Source: an uncultured delta proteobacterium (GTDB taxonomy: Bacteria; Desulfobacterota; Binatia; UBA9968). Taken from it: a DNA stretch of 64,000 nucleotides. The translations under genes were made by a program, and so were the position numbers. Shown here piece after piece: positions 53,823-63,361 of the stretch; within the stretch, counting starts at the first letter, position 1, and each line of letters opens with the position of its first letter. The stretch lies in the NCBI GenBank assembly GCA_963737905.1, contig CAVTUQ010000043.1, forward strand, positions 12,555 through 76,554, written 5' to 3'. The notes below the pieces were generated by a model. That model was not told the origin of the DNA. It searched no databases and saw only the letters and a list, made by a program, of their open reading frames with translations.

Positions 53823-54902
53823 ATGACTTTCGTCCGGCTCTTACGCTATGTGGTGCTGCGTGCCGCATCCTTATTCGTTACGGTGGTTATCGGGGTGTAC
53901 CTTGCCATCCTCATCGCCAATATGGGTGGATATGTAGATGAGATCCGCAAAGCGCAAATTCGCGAACAGATCGGGGCGACCATGTTGGCCGACCAAAAGC
54001 TTCGGACTATGCCACCCAGTGAAGTCCGCCGGGTCATCGACCAGCAGATCGAGCTGGAGGAAAAGCGTCTAGGGTTAGATCGGCCCTTTCTGGTACGCAG
54101 CTTTGCCTACCTGAGGGATGCGCTCACTCTTTCATTAGGAAGAGCGGAGCGGCTCACAAGCGACACGGGATCGAGACAGGTGCGCGATATCATTATCGAG
54201 CGGCTGCCGGCCACCCTGCTGCTTTTCGGCACAGCCGACCTCATCGTTTTTTTCACGGCCATCTTTGCCGCGCTTTTTCTATCCCGCCGCTATGGGAGCT
54301 GGCTGGATAAGGCCGTGGTCGCGCTGGCGCCCACCTCTTCGGCTCCTGCGTGGTTTTACGGGATCTTTTTGATTTTGATCTTTGCCTCGCTTTTGCGCGT
54401 CCTGCCTTTCGGGGGAATGGTCGACGTGCCGCCTCCCGAGTCCGGGCCAGCCTACGCTTTGAGCGTGCTGCAACACTTGATTCTGCCGGTCTCGGCGATC
54501 CTCGTCGGTTCGCTCTTTATCTCGATTTACAACTGGCGAACCTTTTTTCTGATTTACTCCAGCGAAGATTACGTGGAGGTGGCCAAAGCCAAGGGATTGC
54601 CCTCGGGAGCCATTGAGCGGCGCTACATTCTGCGGCCGACTCTTCCGCCCATCATCACGAGCTTTGCCTTCGCTTTGATCTCGCTTTGGAGCGGGGCGAT
54701 CATTCTGGAGACAGTCTTCAGCTGGCCGGGCTTGGGGAGGCTCCTTTTCCAGGCCGTCGGCCAATTCGACACCCCGGTTATTATCGGCTCCGTGGTTATC
54801 TATGCCTACCTGCTGGCGCTGACAGTCTTTCTGTTAGACATTGTTTACGCTCTGGTGGATCCGCGGGTAAAAGTTGGAGGAGAAGCGGGAAGAAGTTTGT
54901 GA
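53823..54902 (+). CDS. ABC transporter permease (OppB/DppB-like)
   Basis: ERLPAT, EDYVEVAKAKGL, ETVFSWPGLG, YALVDPRV. Confidence 0.92.
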   Translation: MTFVRLLRYVVLRAASLFVTVVIGVYLAILIANMGGYVDEIRKAQIREQIGATMLADQKLRTMPPSEVRRVIDQQIELEEKRLGLDRPFLVRSFAYLRDALTLSLGRAERLTSDTGSRQVRDIIIERLPATLLLFGTADLIVFFTAIFAALFLSRRYGSWLDKAVVALAPTSSAPAWFYGIFLILIFASLLRVLPFGGMVDVPPPESGPAYALSVLQHLILPVSAILVGSLFISIYNWRTFFLIYSSEDYVEVAKAKGLPSGAIERRYILRPTLPPIITSFAFALISLWSGAIILETVFSWPGLGRLLFQAVGQFDTPVIIGSVVIYAYLLALTVFLLDIVYALVDPRVKVGGEAGRSL

Positions 54903-56245
54903 ACGCGCTCCGAGAAGCATTCAAGGAGTTTACCCAATATCCGTCTGCGATCATGGGACTGGTGATCATCACGGCGTTGATCGCGCTATCGATCTACACG
55001 GTGATTGCCATTCCGTACAGCGAAGGCATGAGGCTGTGGCGCGGCGGCGAAGACATCTGGATTGAGAGTCCGAGAAATGCCCGGCCAAGGTGGGTGAATT
55101 TTTTCCTAAAAGAGCGCCTCCCTCAGACCATAATCGTGGAGTCACAGCCAGGGGCAGCGAACGTCGGCCAACCGTTATCTGGAGGTATGCGCGCGGTGGA
55201 GATGACGCTCGCTTTCGAGTATCCCTACGACGGCTTCCCCAGCGAGATTAACCTCTTCCTCAGAGCAAAATTTAAGGAGAATAGACCCTACGTCTCGTTT
55301 TTATGGTTGACTCCCGATGGACAGCGCATCCCTTTGGGGGAGCGCAGCGTGAGAGCTTCGGAGCGGTACAGCATTTCCCTCGACCGCCACCTGGCGCAAA
55401 GACTTGGACGCCGTCCTCCGGAGATCGGGTTATTTACCAAACCGAATGCCACCGTCGAGAACGCGGTGCCGCTCCAGGGGCGGTATCAGTTGCAGATTGA
55501 TGGTTTTGTCTTCGAGGAGGGCTCTGACCTCGAAGCGAAGCTCGTGGTCTATGGGCAGGTGTATGGACTCGCGGGCACTGACCATCGTCGTCGCGACCTC
55601 ATGGTGGCGCTGCTTTGGGGCACCCCGGTGGCGCTGGCGTTTGGTTTCCTGGCCGCGGTGGGATCTACCTTAACGACTCTGTTGATCGCAGCCATCGGCG
55701 TATGGTTCGGCAGATGGGTGGACGCTATCATCCAACGGATCACCGAAGTGAACGCGATCCTGCCGGTTCTTCCCATTCTCATTATGATCGGTATCTTCTA
55801 CTCGCGGAGTCTCTGGGTGATGCTGGGGGCAATCATTTTGCTCAGCATTTTTAGCCTGGGGATCAAGACCTATCGCTCGATCCTCTTGCAGGTCAAGGAA
55901 TCGCCCTACATCGAGGCGGCGAGAACCTATGGGACGGGCAATTTTCGAATCATCTTCCGCTACATGATCCCGCGCATCATCCCGGTGCTCATCCCGCAGT
56001 TCGTCACCCTGATCCCTTCGTTTGTCTTTCTCGAGGCCGGATTGGCCGTATTGGGTCTCGGCGATCCGGTGCTGCCGACCTGGGGTAAAGTCGTCAACGA
56101 TGCTTATGCCAACGGAGCTCTTTACAAAGGTTACTACTACTGGGTGCTGGCGCCTTCGGTTCTATTAATGCTGACGGGGGCCGGCTTTGCGCTGGTGGGC
56201 TTTGCTCTCGATCGTGTCTTTAATCCACGGCTAAGAACCCTATGA
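54899..56245 (+). CDS. ABC transporter permease (OppC/DppC-like) with large periplasmic insertion
   Basis: GTG start overlapping previous TGA; GTD..RD, YIEAAR, FLEAGL..LGLG, FNPRLR. Confidence 0.9.
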   Translation: MNALREAFKEFTQYPSAIMGLVIITALIALSIYTVIAIPYSEGMRLWRGGEDIWIESPRNARPRWVNFFLKERLPQTIIVESQPGAANVGQPLSGGMRAVEMTLAFEYPYDGFPSEINLFLRAKFKENRPYVSFLWLTPDGQRIPLGERSVRASERYSISLDRHLAQRLGRRPPEIGLFTKPNATVENAVPLQGRYQLQIDGFVFEEGSDLEAKLVVYGQVYGLAGTDHRRRDLMVALLWGTPVALAFGFLAAVGSTLTTLLIAAIGVWFGRWVDAIIQRITEVNAILPVLPILIMIGIFYSRSLWVMLGAIILLSIFSLGIKTYRSILLQVKESPYIEAARTYGTGNFRIIFRYMIPRIIPVLIPQFVTLIPSFVFLEAGLAVLGLGDPVLPTWGKVVNDAYANGALYKGYYYWVLAPSVLLMLTGAGFALVGFALDRVFNPRLRTL

Positions 56246-56273
56246 ACCTGATCCGAAAAAAGCGGAAGTAGTT

Positions 56274-57320
56274 TTGTCTAATCAAAGTTTGAAAGAATCT
56301 CGGATCGGGGTGAGCACCGGCCCGCTGCTTCGCGTGGAGGATCTCCGCCTTCACTTTGGCACTACCAAAGGAGTGGTGCGAGCTGTGGATGGGGTTAGCT
56401 TTGAGCTGGGTCATAATCAAGCGCTGGTCGTGCTCGGGGAATCGGGATGCGGCAAAAGCTCGCTGGCGCGCGCTCTGCTGCGCCTGTTGCCGCGCAATGT
56501 CCACGCCTATACCGGCCGGGTCTTCGTCGACGACCTAGACATCATGAGCCTGGATGATGAGCGCTTCAGGCGCGAGGTGCGCTGGATGAGTATTTCTCTT
56601 GTACCCCAGGCGGCGATGAACGCGTTGAATCCCGTGGTTAGAATCGGCGACCAAGTGGCGGAGCCATTAATGATTCACGAGGATCTGGAGAAGCAAGCCG
56701 CATGGCAGCGCGCCCAGGAGATGCTGCAGCGGGTCGGGCTGCCGGCCGATTTTCTGCGCCGTTATCCCTTCGAGTTGAGCGGCGGCATGCGGCAGCGCAC
56801 CGCCCTGGCGATGGCGCTGGTAACGAAGCCGAAATTGGTCGTTCTCGATGAGCCTACATCGGCGCTCGATGTTTTGACCCAGGCGAACATCATGAATGTA
56901 TTGAAAGAGATCCGGCGGGAGCTCAAGACCAGCTTCATCTTGATAACCCATGATGTCGCCACCTCGAGCGAGCTGGCGGACCATGTGGCCGTGATGTACG
57001 CCGGGCAGATAGTGGAGTTAAGCGACGCCGCGCGATTTTTCCGAGAACCGCTCCATCCTTACTCCCAGAAACTGATGGCCAGCGTGCCCCGGCTGCGCGA
57101 GGATAGGAAGCTCGAGTTCATTCCGGGGGAACCGCCGAGCTTGATGAGCCCGCCGCGGGGCTGCCGCTTTGCGCCCCGCTGCCCGTTGCGGTTCGAGCGC
57201 TGCGACGAAGAGCCGCCTCTGATCGAAACGAAAGACGGCCGCCAGGTGAAGTGTTGGTTGTACGAAAAGGGAGTTTCGAGTTCCGTGTCCCGGGTTTCGA
57301 GTTTAGGAACCGAAACCTGA
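56274..57320 (+). CDS. ABC transporter ATP-binding protein (OppD-like)
   Basis: GESGCGKS, LSGGMRQR, LDEPT, HPY, GCRFAPRC. Confidence 0.93.
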   Translation: MSNQSLKESRIGVSTGPLLRVEDLRLHFGTTKGVVRAVDGVSFELGHNQALVVLGESGCGKSSLARALLRLLPRNVHAYTGRVFVDDLDIMSLDDERFRREVRWMSISLVPQAAMNALNPVVRIGDQVAEPLMIHEDLEKQAAWQRAQEMLQRVGLPADFLRRYPFELSGGMRQRTALAMALVTKPKLVVLDEPTSALDVLTQANIMNVLKEIRRELKTSFILITHDVATSSELADHVAVMYAGQIVELSDAARFFREPLHPYSQKLMASVPRLREDRKLEFIPGEPPSLMSPPRGCRFAPRCPLRFERCDEEPPLIETKDGRQVKCWLYEKGVSSSVSRVSSLGTET

Positions 57321-57330
57321 AACCCGAAAC
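57272..57330. repeat. Heptamer tandem repeats in inverted arrangement, overlapping the oppD stop
   Basis: AGTTTCG AGTTCCG TGTCCCG GGTTTCG then AACCGA AACCTGA AACCCGA AAC. Confidence 0.7.
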
Positions 57331-57355
57331 AGCCCAGATCAAGAATATCGAAACC

Positions 57356-58348
57356 ATGGCTCAGGACCACACGCTCCTCTCCGTCAGCAACTTGCGCACG
57401 GAGTTTGAGCTCAGGCGTTGGGTGTTCGGGCGCGCTGGGTTCGTGCGCGCTGTGGACGGAGTGAGCTTTGAGCTGAGACGCGGGGAAGCGATCGCGGTCG
57501 TGGGCGAGAGCGGCTGCGGCAAGAGCAGTCTGGCGAAGACCCTCCTCGGTTTGTATCGCCCTGCCCAGGGCGAGGTGATTTTTGAGGGTAAAAATCTGGC
57601 CGGGCTGAATGGCCGGGATCTGCGCTGGTATCGGTCCCAGGTCGGCTACGTGCAACAAGATCCCTATGGAGCGCTGCCGCCGTTTATGACTGTGCGTCGC
57701 ATTTTGGATGAGCCTCTGATCGTCAACGGCGCCGGAAGTAGAACTGAAAGGGAGCGGCGGATCCACGAAGGGTTGGAAGAAGTAAGGCTTACGCCGGTGC
57801 AGGATTTTCTGCCGAAGTTTCCCCATATGCTGAGCGGCGGGCAGCAGCAGCGGGTGGTCATCGCCCGGGCCATGATCTTGCGGCCGAAGCTACTGGTGGC
57901 CGACGAACCGGTATCGATGCTCGACGCCTCGGTGCGAGTGGAGATACTTGAGTTGCTCCATGGCTTGCAGCGGGCCCATGATCTGGGAGTTATTTACATC
58001 ACCCACGACTTGTCCTCGGTCCGGCACTTCTCCGATCGCATCTTCGTTATGTATGCGGCAAAGATCATCGAGAAGGCGGGAGTTCGCGAGCTCATACACA
58101 ATCCGCTTCATCCTTACACGCGGGCGTTGCTCGCGGCGATTCCGGATCCTGATGCCGAAAACGCCTCCACCCTGAAAGCCGTGCCGCCGGGCGAGCCGCC
58201 AAGTCTTGTGCGGCCACCCTCCGGATGCCGGTTTCACCCGCGCTGTCCCGACTTCATGAAGGGATTGTGTGAAGTAAAAGATCCGCCGGAGTTTGAGCCG
58301 CGGCCCAGCCATTTCGTCATGTGCTGGCTCTACGATAAGGCCTCATGA
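57356..58348 (+). CDS. ABC transporter ATP-binding protein (OppF-like)
   Basis: Likely ATG 57356; GESGCGKS, LSGGQQQR, ADEPVSMLD, GCRFHPRC. Confidence 0.93.
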   Translation: MAQDHTLLSVSNLRTEFELRRWVFGRAGFVRAVDGVSFELRRGEAIAVVGESGCGKSSLAKTLLGLYRPAQGEVIFEGKNLAGLNGRDLRWYRSQVGYVQQDPYGALPPFMTVRRILDEPLIVNGAGSRTERERRIHEGLEEVRLTPVQDFLPKFPHMLSGGQQQRVVIARAMILRPKLLVADEPVSMLDASVRVEILELLHGLQRAHDLGVIYITHDLSSVRHFSDRIFVMYAAKIIEKAGVRELIHNPLHPYTRALLAAIPDPDAENASTLKAVPPGEPPSLVRPPSGCRFHPRCPDFMKGLCEVKDPPEFEPRPSHFVMCWLYDKAS

Positions 58349-58545
58349 GTCCCGCGTCATCGCTGGCCGTCGGATTCATACTCATCCTTGCAGGGTTCTT
58401 TCTGCCCTTTCTCATGGTCCTGCAGATTTTTGAATCCGGTCTGGTATTGAGCTTCTCGGCGTACTGCGCATCTCTTGTGGGTTTGGTTTTATCGCTTTAC
58501 GGAGTCTCTCACTACAGCAGCTCACGAAGAAGTAATGACAGGTGA
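58345..58545 (+). CDS. Small two-TM membrane protein closing the ABC operon
   Basis: ATGA overlap with oppF; two hydrophobic segments. Confidence 0.65.
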   Translation: MSPASSLAVGFILILAGFFLPFLMVLQIFESGLVLSFSAYCASLVGLVLSLYGVSHYSSSRRSNDR

Positions 58546-58818
58546 TCGCCTCAGACTTCGATAACTCGACCGTATGTCTTGCCGCTATCCACCTTTTGAT
58601 ATTAGAGAGTCGTGGCGCGATATCTAAATCATCTTTCAATTAGTCGATTGACCGCACAACTCATTTGGTCATCAATCCGTAGAGGTTAGTTGGTTAGGTC
58701 CAACCCCTTTATCCTTCCATTGCCGCCGCAGCATCTTTAGGGCTTGCGCAAGTAAACTGGAATCTGGTAAGCGGGTTCAGGAGCTGGCGAAATCGAAAGG
58801 CTTATTCGGAGAGGTCTC

Positions 58819-59796
58819 ATGAAGAACAAAATCAGTGTCGCCATCTTGCTAGTGGTGTTATCCGTTCCCGTTTCTCTCCAGGCCCAATATACCAGGCCCG
58901 TCTATATCTCACTTCCGGGTCCCGGAAATATCCAGCATCTCGCCTACGTCGTGGGGAAGGAAAAGAAATTCTATGAAGAGATGGGTATTGCCAACGCGCA
59001 AATCGTTGTCTTGCGCGGCAACGCGATCAACGTCCAGGCTCTAGTTTCCGGCACCGTTCATTTTTCCTCGGCGTTTGGTCCAGCCATGCAGACGATGTTT
59101 CGCGGTGAGCAGCTGAGGATTCTGGTTCAGATCTTTAACCAGGTGCCGTTCGGGCTGATCACGCGCCCGGAAATCAAGCGTCTGCAAGATTTAAAAGGAA
59201 CCAAGATAGCCGTTACCTTCGGCGGCTCGACTTACAGCTTGCTGCAGGCGCTCTTTGCCAAACACGGCTTTCCGCAAAACTTTGCCGACTACATCAATAT
59301 CCCGGACAATGCCAGCAAGGTCCTCGCGCTCCAACAAGGGCGCGTGGTCGGCGCTTTTATGGCGCCGCCGACGGATCAGCCGCTTTTGAAAACCGGGTTT
59401 AAGCGATTGGTTTACGGCGGCGACGAGTTCAAAGATGTTCCCTTCAGCGCCGTGTTGGCTACCGCGAAGACGATCAAAGAAGAGCCGGACTTGACGGAGC
59501 GCATGGTGAAAGCGGTCGTCAAGTCGCTGTACTGGATTCGTGCCAACCGTGAGGGCAGCATCGACATCATCATGAAGCATGGCCGGCTGGATCAGCGGGA
59601 GATTGCCGCTTCGCTTTATGACCTCATGCGCGATGCTTTTGTTCCGGCTTTGGATCCCGAGGGAGTGATGAAGCGGGCTGAAATTGAAATTGTTCTCTTA
59701 AAAGAGCGGCCTAACTTCAAGCCTGAGCAATTCATCGACGACCGGTTTTACAAGGCGGCGCTGAAGGCGCTGGCGGGCGAACCGGGCGCAAAATAG
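58819..59796 (+). CDS. NitT/TauT (SsuA/NMT1-like) substrate-binding protein, no cognate permease nearby
   Basis: Signal peptide, DLKGTKIAV, ALQQGRV, FIDDRF. Confidence 0.85.
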   Translation: MKNKISVAILLVVLSVPVSLQAQYTRPVYISLPGPGNIQHLAYVVGKEKKFYEEMGIANAQIVVLRGNAINVQALVSGTVHFSSAFGPAMQTMFRGEQLRILVQIFNQVPFGLITRPEIKRLQDLKGTKIAVTFGGSTYSLLQALFAKHGFPQNFADYINIPDNASKVLALQQGRVVGAFMAPPTDQPLLKTGFKRLVYGGDEFKDVPFSAVLATAKTIKEEPDLTERMVKAVVKSLYWIRANREGSIDIIMKHGRLDQREIAASLYDLMRDAFVPALDPEGVMKRAEIEIVLLKERPNFKPEQFIDDRFYKAALKALAGEPGAK

Positions 59797-59810
59797 ATAA
59801 GGAGAAACTC

Positions 59811-60941
59811 ATGGCAGCCAAAAGCCGTAGCCTCGAGGACATCAAGAACGATATCGCGCGCCGTGCCGGGCGGATCAATCCCTTCGAGCGGATCGATCGG
59901 CAGGAAGTCGAGGGACTGCTCGGGCGCCTGACAAGTCTCGATCCGGATTTGTGGGGAAGCGAGTGGGGCAAACTCGGCGCACGTCACGAAGCCAGTGCCG
60001 AAGAGCTGGAAAAGCTAGGCAAGAAAGAGGCGGGGGAAGCTTACTCCCAGGCCTACGAATATTATCGCATCGGTCGCTATCCCGTCCCCAGCAGCCCGGA
60101 AAAAATGAACTGCTACAAAGGGGCGCTACGAAGTTTTCTCAAAGCCGCGCCCTATCTCGACCCGCCTTTGGAACGGATCGAGATTCCATTCGAGGGCAAA
60201 AAAGTTGTCGGTTATCTGCAGATCCCCCGGGGCGCAAAGCGGCCACCCGTGGTCATGCACTGGGGTGGCGTCGATGGTTGGAAGGAAGATCGTAGATCCA
60301 ATAGTGAGGTGCTTCACAAAGAAGGGTTGGCGACCTTCACCATCGATATGCCCGGGGCTGGCGAGAACCCATGCCTCGGGCAGGAGCCCCGCGCCGAACG
60401 GACCTTCTCGGCGGCCATCGACTATCTCGAAACCCGCAACGATATCGACGGCAAGCGCATCGCCGCTATGGGAGGGAGTTTCGGCGGATACTGGGCGGCG
60501 AAGCTGGCGCACACAGAACCAAAGCGATTGCGTGGTGCTGTGAACTGGGGCGCAGGCGTCCACCGCACGTTCCAAGAAGATTGGCTCCGGCCGGCGCTCA
60601 CTGAGACAGCTTCTCAATACCTGATGGGGCCGGCCAGCCTGCTCGATGCGCGCTCATATATTTTCCGCGTCAAAACCTTGGAAGAGGTTCTCAAGATTGC
60701 CCCCACTCTATCACTGGTGACCCAGGGGATCATTGATCATCCTTCCGCGCCGCTACTCTGCATCAACGGTAAAGAAGACGACCAGCATCCGATCAGCGAT
60801 TTTTACTTACTTGCTGAACATGGCAGCCCGAAGGATATTCGCATCATCGCGGGCGCTGGCCACATGGGACGCAAAGCGGGTCAGCCTAATGACGAAGTTC
60901 AGGAGATCATCACCACCTGGCTCAAACAAAAGCTTTCGTAG
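59811..60941 (+). CDS. Alpha/beta hydrolase (FrsA / 2,6-dihydroxypseudooxynicotine hydrolase-like)
   Basis: GGVDGWKE, IDMPGAGE, GGSFGGY nucleophile elbow, C-terminal GH. Confidence 0.85.
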   Translation: MAAKSRSLEDIKNDIARRAGRINPFERIDRQEVEGLLGRLTSLDPDLWGSEWGKLGARHEASAEELEKLGKKEAGEAYSQAYEYYRIGRYPVPSSPEKMNCYKGALRSFLKAAPYLDPPLERIEIPFEGKKVVGYLQIPRGAKRPPVVMHWGGVDGWKEDRRSNSEVLHKEGLATFTIDMPGAGENPCLGQEPRAERTFSAAIDYLETRNDIDGKRIAAMGGSFGGYWAAKLAHTEPKRLRGAVNWGAGVHRTFQEDWLRPALTETASQYLMGPASLLDARSYIFRVKTLEEVLKIAPTLSLVTQGIIDHPSAPLLCINGKEDDQHPISDFYLLAEHGSPKDIRIIAGAGHMGRKAGQPNDEVQEIITTWLKQKLS

Positions 60942-60953
60942 CAAGGAGAAGAG

Positions 60954-61505
60954 ATGGCAAGAATCGCGACCATTGATAAAAAAGAAGATCTGGCTCCCGA
61001 AAACCAACCGATTTATGATGCCATCGCGCAGAGCCGGGGGGTCGTGGGTGGACCCTGGTTGGCCTTGTTGCATAGTCCGGAGCTCGCGGGACGAACCGCA
61101 CATTTAGGTAGCTACGTGCGCTTCGAATCGAGCTTGGATCATAACTTGGTTGAGTTTACCGCGCTCGTAACGGCGCGGGAGCTTGAATGCAAACATGAAT
61201 GGGCGGCGCATGTCGCTCACGGCCAGAAAGCCGGCATTCCCATCGCAACGATTCGCGCGGTTTATGAGAAGAAAGGCACGGAACATTTCTCTTCGGAAGA
61301 CGCGCAGATCGTCAGCTTCGTACGGGAAATGCTCCATTCCCATCGTGTCGCGGAAACGACGTACCAGGCTGTCTATGCACGTTTGGGAGAGCGCGGAATG
61401 GTCGAGCTCACCGCAACGATCGGCTATTACGCCATGCTCGCCTGCACTTTGAATACCTTTGATGTCGCCACGGCAACTGCGCCGGAGGAGTTCAAGATCA
61501 AATAG
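60954..61505 (+). CDS. Carboxymuconolactone decarboxylase (CMD/AhpD) family protein
   Basis: LLHSPELA, EWAAH, VELTATIGYY. Confidence 0.85.
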   Translation: MARIATIDKKEDLAPENQPIYDAIAQSRGVVGGPWLALLHSPELAGRTAHLGSYVRFESSLDHNLVEFTALVTARELECKHEWAAHVAHGQKAGIPIATIRAVYEKKGTEHFSSEDAQIVSFVREMLHSHRVAETTYQAVYARLGERGMVELTATIGYYAMLACTLNTFDVATATAPEEFKIK

Positions 61506-61619
61506 CGTCGATAACAGTGCTCCTCGGTCTCAGCCACTCGTAGCTTTTTCCTGGATTCCTACGCCCAGCCTGGTGATGACATAGAGAAAACCTCCATTCA
61601 GCAATAAACATCCCCAGCT

Positions 61620-63254
61620 ATGGCTAAAAGACGCCCGGCGCAAAGAAGAAAGAGCGCACCTAAGGTTGCGGTGCATCAAACACAAGAGAGACAGCAGTTG
61701 CTGTTTCGAATATTGGTAACGGCGCTGCTTTTATTGGTCTATGGATTCTATCTTGCTCATCAAGCCAATTTAACGGTCGGTGACCTCGGACGGCATCTGA
61801 AGAATGGCCAATTATTTATCGCAAATGGATTGATACCGAAGATCAATCTTTATTCCTACGCGTATCCCGACTATCCGTTTATCAATCATCACTGGGGCAG
61901 CGGCGTGGTGTTTTACGTGATTGAACGATTGGGCGGTTTCGCAGGATTGTCCGTCGTTTTTATCATAGTCAGTGTGGTCACATTTTGGATTTTCATAAAC
62001 ATGGCCACGAAGTATTCCTCATTCGCCATCGCCGCACCGATAGCTGTCATCGTCCTTCCGATATTGATTACTCGACACGAGGTGAGACCTGAATTATTCA
62101 GCTATTTTTTTAGCGCTCTGTTTCTTCAGGTCTTGTGGGGCTACAAGTATGGTCAGCTCGGCTTCCGCTGGCTCTTTTTGCTGCCAATCCTGGAGTTACT
62201 CTGGGTCAATCTTCACATTTATTTTTTTCTCGGCGTTTTCTTGATAGCTGTCTATCTCTTCGAATCGCTGGTAGTTTCTCTATTTCGCAAGAATCAGCAG
62301 AATGTTCGCGACCAGGTCAAAGGACTGGCGGTTATCTTGCTGCTGACCGTTATTGCCACTGGCCTCAATCCGGCCGGGGTATCGGGTGCGATATACCCTT
62401 TTCTCATACTCAACGAATATGGCGTGCCGGTGATTGAAAACTATTCGGTGGGGGCTGTTTTGCAGGCGGGATATAACTTTCTCCCGCTCATCTACTTTGT
62501 CATTATTTTCGGTTTGCTTAGCCTGAGTTGGGTATATGCGGTTATGAAAGACCGTTCGAGTCTTTCCCTCGGCAACTTTCTATTGAGCGCATTTTTTTTC
62601 GCAATGGCATGGGCGGCGATCCGTAATTTCGCATTCTTTGCCTATTTTGCATTGCCCCTTGCTGCCGTTAACTTGAAAAACCTTTTCGGTGGGCAGGGCA
62701 AAACCAGCTCATTACCCTCCATTCTCAAAGTATCGGCCGCCCTGGCTGGGATTGCTTTTTTATTGATCATCATCAAGCCCGCGTATTTTATCAGTAGTAA
62801 CCGAGGACGCGTGGGAATTGGCTTGGAGGAAGCGAATGGCGCGGCTGCCGAGTTTTTGATCAAAGAAAGAATTCAAGGGCCGATTTTTAATAATTTTGAC
62901 GTGGCGGGCTATCTCGTCTATTACCTTTATCCGGAACATCGAGTTTTTGTTGACAACCGTCCGGAAGCTTATCCTACGACCTTTTTTAATGACGTGTATT
63001 TTCCAATGCAATCCGACGAAGCGAAATGGGCAGCCATCAGTAGCCAATATGGCTTTAATGTTATTGTTTTTAACTATCGGGAGCGATCAGTTCAGGGTGA
63101 GCAATTTGTTATCCGGCGGGTGCTTGATCCTATGTGGGCCCCGGTCTACCTCGACAAAGACATTATTATTCTGGCGAAGAGAGATGGACCGAATCAACCG
63201 GTCGTGACAAGATACGAACTGCCGAAGGAAAGAGTGCTGGCGGGGTCCAACTGA
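61620..63254 (+). CDS. Polytopic membrane protein, probable GT-C clan
   Basis: DLGRHL..G, NHHW, RPELFS, LWVNLH, VFVDNR motifs; many TM segments. Confidence 0.65.
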   Translation: MAKRRPAQRRKSAPKVAVHQTQERQQLLFRILVTALLLLVYGFYLAHQANLTVGDLGRHLKNGQLFIANGLIPKINLYSYAYPDYPFINHHWGSGVVFYVIERLGGFAGLSVVFIIVSVVTFWIFINMATKYSSFAIAAPIAVIVLPILITRHEVRPELFSYFFSALFLQVLWGYKYGQLGFRWLFLLPILELLWVNLHIYFFLGVFLIAVYLFESLVVSLFRKNQQNVRDQVKGLAVILLLTVIATGLNPAGVSGAIYPFLILNEYGVPVIENYSVGAVLQAGYNFLPLIYFVIIFGLLSLSWVYAVMKDRSSLSLGNFLLSAFFFAMAWAAIRNFAFFAYFALPLAAVNLKNLFGGQGKTSSLPSILKVSAALAGIAFLLIIIKPAYFISSNRGRVGIGLEEANGAAAEFLIKERIQGPIFNNFDVAGYLVYYLYPEHRVFVDNRPEAYPTTFFNDVYFPMQSDEAKWAAISSQYGFNVIVFNYRERSVQGEQFVIRRVLDPMWAPVYLDKDIIILAKRDGPNQPVVTRYELPKERVLAGSN

Positions 63255-63361
63255 TCCAGCAGGTTTCATCCAGGACCCGGTGTTTGTCTGGATGTCTTGA
63301 CCTCATCGTTTTCGCCTAATATGTTTTGCTTGGCGAGCCTAGCGATAATGCTGGGTATCTG

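Noticed and set aside
53709-57330. CRISPR array interpretation of the short repeat arrays
   Set aside because: Units are 7-9 bp, degenerate, lack unique spacers, and no cas genes are present
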